Source of the DNA: Oculina patagonica
Lineage: Eukaryota
NCBI RefSeq assembly: GCF_052425735.1
Contig: NC_135761.1
Location: 43,152,001-43,216,000 of the forward strand
Reading direction: 5' to 3'
Length of the DNA stretch: 64,000 nt
The translations under genes were made by a program, and so were the position numbers. The notes under the pieces are model-generated. The model saw only the letters and a list, made by a program, of their open reading frames with translations. It was not told the origin of the DNA and did no database searches. Position 1 is the stretch's first letter, and each line of letters starts with the position of its first letter. Below are positions 12,247 through 21,755 of the stretch, piece by piece.

Positions 12247-14180
12247 CCGAAGCGCACTATATGTGGAATAGCACAGTTCTCTGTATTGCTGATTATTTTT
12301 CACACTCCTGGAGTCATTACTGCAGCCGAGGAAAGTAACAGTGAAGAAAGATCTCAGAGAGGGATGGCACTGTTGAACCACACATACAAGTCTCTCTACA
12401 CTGAAGACTATCCCAGCTGCCTCATGGCGTGCATGCATGACTCACAGTGCAAGAGTTTAAACTACTGGTGGAATATTTTACAATGTGATCTGAATAACGA
12501 AACCAAATATTCAGCTGTGGCAAAGGTCTACATCCGTGATATATCATCCACGTACATGGGGTTGACTAGGCAACCAGGTATTAATAACCAAAGAACATAA
12601 AACAAAATGTTACAAACCTTAGATACTCTTTCCTTGTCGTGACCTTGTTCTTCAAAAAAGACCAAACATTCTGATCCACAATGTTTGTTATTTTACTTTG
12701 TAGAAATAAAAAGAAAGGTTTACCGCTCGTGCAGACACGTGCCTGCCTCAAATGGTGATGGAGAATATTTGATCGATCCAACATTGTCAGGAGACCCGTT
12801 CACTGTTTACTGTGACATGACAACTGATGGAGGTAAGTAGAAATAATACATGAGCAAATACAATACAATAACAAATAAGAAATGATCAACTGGTAAATTT
12901 ATGAAAAGAGAAGCTTCTCGATAATTTAGTCAATCCAATTAAAAGGTAAATTAATGCCATTGCTTGTATCAGCCCCTTTACGTGGGTAGTTGCGGATCGC
13001 ATAACCTCGTGGAAATGGCAGTCCCACCCGGGATCCAATGTAGGATTCTAAAACAACAAATACAAATCGATGAAGCAAACGGTATGGTTGATTACCTTCT
13101 ACCTTCTGTAGAATTCTTCGTGATCTATTAACTGCCTTCCAAGGGGAAGGTGATGGATAATTATGTGGAATACGCAATTCATTAAAGAATATTTAGGCGG
13201 GTGATCTTAAAGTTTCATCCGTTTTTCTACCATAACTAGTGGTTATTCTGCCGATTAAATATGAACAAGGGAAAAACCGCTTGAAAAGAATTGCCGAACG
13301 TTCTACGTGAACCTACCCCGGAGAACAGCCCCGCTTTTTATTGATGTAATAATCGGGTAATGAGACTACATTTATATCATTTTTTGACTGCTAGAAACAT
13401 ATCGGCGATATTTGGTCACTTTTGTGTCTTCCAGTATTAACTGGAACCACGTGTTTTATTTAGTAGCAGTCCGAAATTTGGATTTCACGATAATTCAAGT
13501 TTGTTGACTTGTACTTGAGTGATTCAAGTCGAAAGGGTGGACCCAAAAAATTAAAAAAATGTTCTATTTTCGTCAGTTCGATATGTGTCATTAAGCTCAC
13601 TCTTTTTTCCTACTTAGGTGGCTGGACTGCCATTCACATGATCGCATTCACAGAATCAAATCTCCGTTTTCAAAGTACTTCTTACAACATTCCGCATTAC
13701 AGAAATCTTTCCAACTACGGTGACCACCGTCAATATCTGGTACCACAGGTGCTACTAAACCTGCGAGATGACATGGTTTTCGACCAAATCAGGTTTTACT
13801 GCCACAAGAAGCAAGCCGGATCGGTGGTCCATGTTATGACCAATATGAACCCTCTGGGGGAGGCAGTGGTGAAGTACTTTATCGACGTCAACCTGGGATC
13901 AATCCGGCCCCTGGCATGTGGCTCGTACACAGTTCTGCCTGATGACAATTCTACACTGTCTAACGATTGCAGTAAGTTAGGTTGGAATGGCAGTCATGTT
14001 GACGGAAGGTGGGCAAATTACTATGCTAATAATGACGAACATCGAATCTTATCCCCTTTGAGACGATACGGCAAGGGCAGCTTTGCATCGAAAGTCAAAA
14101 CACGTGCTTGTGATGACAGCAAGGGAAGGTCAGAGAGCTCACTTTCTTCAGGAGACACTTGGAAAATTTTTGTGCGCTGA
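12247..14180 (+). CDS. PAN/apple + fibrinogen-like (YCDMTTDGGGWT) secreted-type protein, copy 1; exons 12247-12577, 12704-12832, 13618-14180; start codon appears mutated to AAG
   Basis: GT-AG introns keep frame (phase 1/1). PAN cysteine pattern SCLMACMHDSQCKSLNY..CDLN; FReD-type RSCR..DGEYLIDP..FTVYCDMTTDGGGWT. The paralog has ATG where this copy has AAG (12250-12252). Confidence 0.8.
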
Positions 14181-14256
14181 GATACAATGACATTGTGGAT
14201 CTATCTAGTAAAAGTTGCAAACAAACGTAGTAAAGATGAGAGTGGTTCTAGATTAA

Positions 14257-14677
14257 GGCTACGTTTACACGGACACGGTTTCATTTGTAACCGCATCGAA
14301 AGCGATGCGGTTACGCCTTTCGTTTACACGGCACCGATCGAGACCACTACTGTAACCGGGTCGTTTTGAAAACGCTGTCAAAAGTGGAGCGTTTTCAAAA
14401 CGATGCGGTTTCGTTGTCGTGTAAACAGTCAAAAACGGCGAAACCGCATCGATTTGAAAACGGCCATGTATTTTGGCACGAACTGGCTGGCTTGCGAAGG
14501 GTAAACATGGTGAAACAAGCATAGAGAGCAGCGCTTGCTTATGCAATCACATTCGAAAACAGTCGGAAAGTCGTTAAATAGGCTCCGTGTAAACACTTCG
14601 AAACCGTGTCGTTTTCGATGCGGTTTCGAGGTCATAAAACCGTGTCGATTGATAACCGTGTCCGTGTAAACGTAGCC
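14257..14677. mobile_element. PIF/Harbinger-type MITE
   Basis: 24-bp TIR ggctacgtttacacggacacggtt / aaccgtgtccgtgtaaacgtagcc with TAA on both sides; absent from the paralogous 3' UTR at ~51560. Confidence 0.88.
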
Positions 14678-14684
14678 TAAGTGT

Positions 14685-14800
14685 TCGTAGTGGCAGTAAA
14701 ATGCGTAACAGTGACAGCAGTAGTAGCAGCAGCAGCAGCCGAAGCAGTAACAGTAACAGCAGTAGCTGTAGTTGTAGTCGTAGTAGTGGTAATAATAAAT
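14685..14800. repeat. Degenerate (GCA/GTA)n trinucleotide microsatellite
   Basis: Runs of cagcag/tagtag; the homologous, expanded tract is at 51600-52400. Confidence 0.8.
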
Positions 14801-15351
14801 CACTTTATTTGCATGACCGCAATGTTTTACATAATTGCAAAAGCATATCTATCATAATTAACAATACAACAAGGTAGAAATGGGTACAAGTAGACGTTTG
14901 AGTTTGCCTGGGGGCAAACTGCATTGCGGTGACTGGATATAGCAAAGTTCACCAACTTGGATTCGTTTCGGTAAAGAGTCACTTAAGTCGTGACATACAG
15001 TGTATATACCTAGTGTGGGTCAGTTGATGTAGGATAAAAGTGATAAATCATACGTAAAACGTTAGTGCAGAAAATTGTCTTGTAATCGAAATAATATTCG
15101 GCAAACACTCATGATATATAAACCCATAAGTTATCCAAAATAGTTTCCTCAGAATATTTATTACCATTAACTTAATATTTAATAAGAAAGGCAGATAGCA
15201 AAAGAAAAGACAATGTAACCTAGAACTACCAGAAGAAGAATAGAAAGTTTAAGCAAGAACTGTAATGAATGTACAAATAAATTAGTTGAGTTGATAAAGC
15301 ACGAACGGCGAGTTTATGAACACTTGAAAATTTGAAAATATGAAAATTTAA

Positions 15352-15678
15352 GGTGGCTCTGAAACCGTTTCGTAGAATTTTTTTAAACTTTGCAAAAAGT
15401 TGTAACTTAACATGCTGATCAATGTTCAATAATAAAAAATGGGGGTCATCGAGCTCGTTTTTGAGTTATAAGCACTTAAAGTCAAAATAAAGGGTGTTTT
15501 TAACAGGTTATACTGTTGCTATAGTAACCAGTGACGTCATGAAAATAATCACAACATATTCACCAATCATTGGGCATTAATTTCATACCATTATTGTAGC
15601 ATCAACTGATAAAGATTTATAGTACTGACCCGTCAAAGTATAAGAGCTGGAAAGTCCTGGAAACCGTTACCAGCCACC
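15352..15678. mobile_element. Non-autonomous DNA transposon, TTAA TSD and GG..CC ends (Kolobok-like)
   Basis: ttaa|ggtggct...agccacc|ttaa; a second copy lies in inverted orientation at 62933-63507. Confidence 0.75.
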
Positions 15679-15789
15679 TTAAGTACACTGTAACCTTAAC
15701 CTTTGTAATGGGCTTATCCCTTGCTTCAATTCTGCTTGTAGTCAAGTGGAATACTTGTTTTCTTTAGTAATTTGCGGCGATATACATTT

Positions 15790-16140
15790 TATCACGACTA
15801 AAACATCACACGAGTACTACATGTAACATACGAGTAGCACACGAAACTTACGGGTACATGCGAATACATACGAGTAACATACGGATACATACGAGTAACA
15901 TACGGATACATACGGATACATACGAGTAACATACAGATACATACGGATACATACGAGTAACATACGGATACATACGAGTAACATACGGATACATACGGAT
16001 ACATTCGAGTAACATACGGATACAAACGAGTAACATACGGATACATACGGATACATACGAGTACTATACGGATACATACGAGTAACATACGGATACATAC
16101 GGATACATACGAGTAACATACGGATACATACGAGTGCGAG
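15790..16140. repeat. Tandem array of 10-11-bp units (catacggata / catacgagtaa), probably a subterminal repeat of a larger transposon; inverted degenerate copies at ~16680-16735
   Basis: Repeated atacgagtaac/atacggatac units are seen directly and explain the MYPYVTR-type spurious ORFs. Confidence 0.85.
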
Positions 16141-16878
16141 ACGAACAGGTTTGGGTTATACGTATGGCATTTTCTTTTTTTATTAAGAACACACTGCAGC
16201 ATCGATCACGCAATCTTCTAGCCACGCAGAGGTACCATGTAGAACGAATGCCGGTCAAAAGGGTGTGAGTATATTTCGCACTGGATAATCATTAAGCGCA
16301 AAACCCAAAAAGCCCTTAAAAGCTTTAGAAAATGAAGGTTTTACCACGCAATGTTTTTCTGGGTAAGGGGGATTGGGGGGGGGGGGGGGACGGGGCGAGG
16401 AAAGAACGCGTAATGAGTCCAAACGGACGTTTTTGTAGGAGACTACATACACCCTATTTGGACGCTTCACGTTGGTCTTATTGTCTGTAACACGTTAAAG
16501 TAAAGAAGGAGAAAAAATAAATCTTGTCATTTCCGGTCCTGCAAACCTTTTTTCCTCTCATTCCTTTCCCTCACCCTACATATCCTTTTTCTTAAATTAC
16601 ACCTATGCTGCATGTTATAGTGCCAAAACGGATATTATTTGTATAGTTTACTTATCTTGATACAATGAAAAAGACACTAGTATGTATCTGTATGTACCCG
16701 CATGTTAGTCGTATGTATTCGTATGTAACTAGCATGCGCACAAAATATATTCCTATCCTCGTTTAACTGATATACAGCTATTTCAATAAACGTTGTCGGA
16801 TCAAAGCTAAAAGCTTAAAGACAAGACCGAAAGGTAACACGGGTAGTCGGTTTAAAATTCATCGTGAGGCGTGACAAC

Positions 16879-19232
16879 ATGGAAGACATGGAAGAAAACA
16901 CAGTAGACGTTTGCCTGCGTGTCTTGAAGGCAGGAAAGAAAACCTCGCACGATACGTATCACATTCGAAACGTTCCTGTGAGTAACAGTGTAGCTCAACT
17001 AAAAGCATACTTATTGCAGAGATGCAAGGAGGAACTCAAGCCAGCAACAGATTGTAATTTTATCTTCGGCTACATCGGAGAAGCAAACAAGAAGTACTCA
17101 ATAACTTCGGAAGTTCAACTTGCAGAGGCGCTGTCCTTGGAGAAGAGGGGTATGGTTACCTTGTGGGTGGATCCCCATGTATCAAAAACAGAACACTCAC
17201 GGGCTCAAACAATGGGGAAGAAGAGAAAAGGTAAATCAATATTGGAATGAACACCATCTGTTTAATCTCGGCTTTATTACTCGAAAAGAGGGTTGAAAAT
17301 CAGGCACATCCGCTTGTTTAATTCAGGAAGCTGTTTTTACAATTTCTTGTTTTGTCTAGCTATCCCCGGTCCTAGTTCTCAGAATCTGACGGATGATGTG
17401 GAGGATCAGTCTAGCTACGAAGCACGCCTGTCAAGGTTGCGACAGGAGCATAAAATACCAGAGTTTAAGCTGCGATGTTGGGCCAGGATGTTGGTAAGGA
17501 AATTTAAATTCCCCGTCTGTTAAACATTCTCAGTGGGAAGAATACGATGTTCGGCTAGTTTTAAAAGTATTTCATTATTTGTCTCAATTTTTTATTCGAA
17601 ACTTTGTGAAAATCGTGTTCTTCACTATTTTTCTTTTCAAACTACGCGCCATGTGAATTAGCATTTAACTCACGGACTCCACGTGCATACATCTTTAATT
17701 ATGCCGCTTTTCAAAATTTTACCCGGTTGAAAATTAAAAAAAAAACCTATGTCGAAAATCTTACAGCAGTGAAATAAAATAATTAACTCAGTATCTGAAT
17801 ACAACTCAGTGTTAACTTTTTATATATTTATTTTTTTGCACAGGTTAACCCTTTAACCGGCAATCGTACATATGTGTACGAAAAACACCAGCAGTGATTG
17901 AAAACACTCTAGCTTTTACATATCTGGGCACATGATATTAATGACTGCTTTTTATGGCAAAGTGATAATTTTCATAGCTTTAAAAGCCAACTAACTGACT
18001 ACAACTCTTAATTTCTGTTGCATATGGTTGTTTGTTCAGCAGCAAATTTGAAAATGCCCGTTTTCTACGTAACAGGACAACAACAAAAAACACACATCTT
18101 TGCCTCCACTCCATTTTTTTAATGAAAAAATAATTCTGACTTCAAAAATATACATTTGCAGCAAACTTCAACCCTATTCCCTTCCGTTCACCAAGGAAAT
18201 TTCCCATCAATCATTCAGAAGACTCAGCAATTACTATTCGATTAGAGCTATGCTTGCAAACCTGTAATTTCCTCGTTGCTGAACGAAAGGGATGCTTGGG
18301 AAAAACAGTCATGGCGGCGGCATGAAAGGCTTCCTACCTTCATTCCATATATTTTTTATAAGTGTCGAGCCACCCAATCCTGCCGGCAAAATGTTGCACC
18401 GATTGCATTCTTTGGAAGTCAGAACTCGTCCAAAATGCCTTGGCAGGTCTTGGAATCCACCCACAGAACGGCCAGAGAGACAACTTTACCCATGGACCGC
18501 CATCTTTCGATTCGAATATTTCTGGCGTTCCAGTCAAGACAAAATCATCTCTCACCTCTGGTTTCTTTCAGATGCTGGCCTCTACCCACCACTCTAGCTT
18601 AATGATGCCAGCCTGGGGGCTTCTGCAGTGAAAAATGACTCGAAAAATCACTTATAAACACAAAACGAGCCAAATCCAAGCCCAACAGCTCGCTTACGAA
18701 CGAAGCAACTGCCGACTACTGACGTCACAATAAAAATCTGAGCCCTCGGTGTTTCGAAACAGCACACATTTTTACTTGGACTTCTTATATGCAATCACGA
18801 AGTTCTACAGAATGTATAAGCCCAAAAAACCCCTTAAGAAAGTCACAGAAATCTGCCGGTTAAAGGGTTAACGGGACTCATGACAGCGAAGAAGAACCAC
18901 CAGACTTGCCATTTTTTTCAGGGAGGTCGAAAAAGTGTAGAGGCAAACTACCAAATACAAGCCGCGATCGTGAGCCTGAGCAATCCACAAATAGCGCTGA
19001 GAGTAAGGTACGCAAATAACATAAAAAAGCCCATGCTGGTTATGTTGTGCATGTTAACATGTTTTATTGAACATCACGTTCTTGTGCCGTTTTGTTTCTG
19101 CAGATCCGAATTCGAAGTGTAATATTAAAGCAGTTAAAAGACTTGAAGGAGTTACAAGATGACGGCGTACTCTCCCAAGACGAGTTCGTGAGCCAAAAAG
19201 AAAAGCTAGTAACAGAGCTGAACGAACTCTAA
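16879..19232 (+). pseudogene. Transposon accessory gene (~251 aa reconstructed): beta-grasp/PB1-like N-terminus, KKRK NLS-like motif, LRCWARML..PPDLPFF segment, SHOCT-like C-terminus; exons 16879-17230, 17360-17493, 17844-17848+18872-19007, 19104-19232; exon 3 interrupted by a piggyBac-type insertion
   Basis: Canonical GT-AG sites give a stop-free frame once 17849-18871 is removed. The C-terminus LKQLKDLKELQDDGVLSQDEFVSQKEKL matches the SHOCT pattern. The beta-grasp assignment is inferred from the strand/helix pattern. Confidence 0.8.
17849..18867. mobile_element. Non-autonomous piggyBac-type element
   Basis: ttaa|ccctttaaccggca ... tgccggttaaaggg|ttaa: TTAA TSD, CCC/GGG termini, 14-bp TIR; no recognisable transposase inside. 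Confidence 0.9.
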
Positions 19233-19267
19233 TTTGTAACTGGAAAATGTCGAACGAATGTGTTTCA

Positions 19268-20492
19268 TTAAAAATATTCCGCGTGCTGAATATAGTTTCT
19301 GACTTCTTCGTCTGTAACTTGAAGGAACGCCTCTTCAACCATCAATTCAGGATCACAGCAAAATTGCCACGCTGCATCATTTTCTCTGATCCAATTTTTA
19401 GCTTGCGCGAAAAGCTCTTCTAATGGCATAAAATCGGGGCTATATGGTGGCAAGAAGATAATCATAGCTCCAGTCGCGTGAATAGCGTCCATAGGTGCCT
19501 GCGAGTGGTGAATCGCCGCATTATCTACAAGAATCATAAAAACAAAAATTAATGGACGCCTCTTTGTTTTGGATTTTAATTTAAACAACACTTTGAAACG
19601 TTCCTTACCTAATATTACCACCGATCGCGGATTCAATCCATTAAATGGAAGCAAATTAGGACAAAGCTTATTCGTCACAAAATCTAGAAACGTCGCGGCA
19701 TTAACATTTCCCTCGTAGATACCAAGGTCTATGATCCCGTCAGTACAAAGGACGGGAATGGCAGTAATACGCGGACCCCAGTTCTGAAAGAACTTTTTTA
19801 CCATTGCTCTTTTTCCAATGGGGCTGCGTCCAGAGGCTCGGGAAATTCTTTTATCCTATAATCATGACACAACAATCAATTTTAGATTTGGAATTCTAGA
19901 ACAAATTTTAACTGAACAAAAAAAATAAGAAAGGAACACTCACGAATCCGCTTTCATCTATAAACACAAACATTTCAGAATTTAACGTGCAAACATTTGC
20001 TCGGAAGATAACTCTTGCTTCTTCAGACCTTTGAAGTGCAATTTTGTTGAGCTATGAAGAGAACAGAGTAAATTTCAGGTTATATGAATGTTTCGTAAGC
20101 CGTGAAAACCAATTCAAAAGCACTTTAATACAAACAAACCTTTTTTCGACTAAAACGATTTCGTCTCAGATAGTAGAAAATGCTTGCCAATGCTAACTCC
20201 GATCCCGTTTGGGAATAAACATCATGAGCCACTTCTGAAAGCGTCTTTTCAGGGTGTTCTAGCACTGCTTCAAAAATCAAAAATTCCACGTGCGGGTGCA
20301 TGGCCACACTTTTTATGGGTCTTCCAATTGTGTTCGCTTTGACTGTACCGTAATTTAACCTTTCGACACATAACGCTCGATAGTTCTTGGGCACATTTGC
20401 AAAACCGCTGCCACTTCATCCAATTCATATCCCAAGATTTCTTTCATCCAAATGGCTCGCCATCGTAGGTCCTCACTGAACGGGCGAGGCAT
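19268..20492 (-). pseudogene. Intron-containing IS630/Tc1-like DD34E transposase (~321 aa); exons 20492-20140, 20051-19944, 19855-19609, 19524-19268; 1-nt frameshift near 20360
   Basis: N-terminal HTH MPRPFSEDLRWRAIW..., then FVFIDESGF, VVILDNAAIHH and FLPPYSPDFMPLEE, with 34 residues between the second D and E. Three GT-AG introns. Exon 1 is 353 nt, one short of in-frame. Confidence 0.9.
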
Positions 20493-21332
20493 GGCTGGTT
20501 TTGATGGGTTTATTTATAAAATATCCCACATAACCTTGCGGTCCTGGCTTTTAGATTTGAGCTTTGATCCGACAACGTTAATTGAAATAGCTGTATTCAC
20601 TCAGCAGGGAATTTGAAATCCAAGTGCATGTGATTTTTTAGGAGTCTTTTACGCAGATATCAACTTCCTTTTTACGACTGAATTTATTCAGGAGTATTGT
20701 GGGTAGCCTTGGTTGGTCGGTTTTCGGTTGGTCCATCATCTGTAAACTTCTCATTGCAACTCCGCTGACCAGCAGATATACTTGTAGAAAGAGTGTAGCA
20801 AGGCGGCCGTATAAAAGCGGCCGTATAAAGGCGGTCTTTTAAATTTAAGGGGTTTACAAGAAAAACCAGAAGCAAAGAAACAAAATATGGCTGACAATTA
20901 CGTGAAGAATTAAGTAATCGACTGCCAAAAAAGTGAACATTGAGAGCCAGTAATCTGCATTAATCGATCGATGACTTTCGTGTCTATCTTTCGAGCTAGC
21001 GTAGTACATGTAGTCGAATGTAGGAGCATTCGAAAACTAAATCGGGTTTCACATAAGCTTCATAAGCGATGGATCTATCTAGAAACCAGAGCGTTGGCTA
21101 AAATCGAGTGCGTGGCTGCTTGTTCCCAAGAAAAGGAAAAGCTTTTCAGATGAAACAGCACAATATTACATTTGTACCTGAATCAGTCTAATATTTTTTT
21201 TTTTACAGCGTTATTACTTAACAGCCTACATGTAAATTATTCTGCAATGCATACCTACGGAGCGATATAATAAACAAACCATTTTAGTACTATGGGTTAA
21301 AAAAAGAAAAAAAAAGGAAAAAAGAAAAAAAC

Positions 21333-21405
21333 TCTCCCCTCTGGGATTCGAACTCGCGACCTCTCGATCCGCAGTCAGATGCCTACCCGACTGCGCTACT
21401 TATGC
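21333..21405 (-). pseudogene. tRNA-Arg-derived pseudogene or SINE head followed by a T-run
   Basis: Minus strand gtagcgcagtcgggtaggcatctgactgcggatcgagaggtcgcgagttcgaatcccag has A- and B-box-like motifs, but the acceptor and anticodon stems do not pair. Confidence 0.6.
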
Positions 21406-21755
21406 GCATTTAGTCACGTGAGACGAAAATATCTTATATCAATGTAATTGACATTCCGCCGTTTATCTGTTATCATGTGCATCAAAGGAATGTTTGAATC
21501 ACCTGCTGCTCATAAATTTTCAAGGAATGAAAACTAAACTTTTAAACTTGGCAAAAAAATTCAGTCGTGGCTCGAAGAGCTCTTTGATCTAGGAAAAGCA
21601 AGCGTTTTCGGAGAAATGTAAATTTTAATTACGCGTCATAACGAGATCATTTAACGGTCCTCATTACGTGACGTTACAAAGAAAAAACCGCGCGCGCAGA
21701 AAAAATTTCGTTCGGTGGTGAAACCATTTAAAGATGGTTAACTGAAACATTCAAG

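Larger units (their letters stand above)
16775..20593. mobile_element. Two-gene IS630-Tc1-mariner DNA transposon (TA TSD, ~55-bp imperfect TIRs)
   Basis: ta|cagctatttcaataaacgttgtcggatcaaagct... at 16775 and ...agctttgatccgacaacgttaattgaaatagctg|ta ending at 20593; encloses a DD34E transposase and a second gene. Confidence 0.92.

Noticed and set aside
14265-14803. ORFs including a Cys/Tyr-rich one
   Set aside because: They span a MITE and a trinucleotide repeat in a 3' UTR.
15798-16258. Overlapping ORFs MYPYVTR../MLLVCIR.. and a possible CRISPR-like array
   Set aside because: They are translations of a 10-11-bp tandem repeat; there are no unique spacers and no cas genes, and the context is eukaryotic.
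18276-18631. Several ~100-aa ORFs inside the piggyBac-type insertion
   Set aside because: Overlapping in multiple frames with no piggyBac transposase motif.
21333-21405. Functional tRNA-Arg(GCG)
   Set aside because: Acceptor and anticodon stems do not pair, so it is treated as a pseudogene or SINE head; the same applies to 26864-26934.
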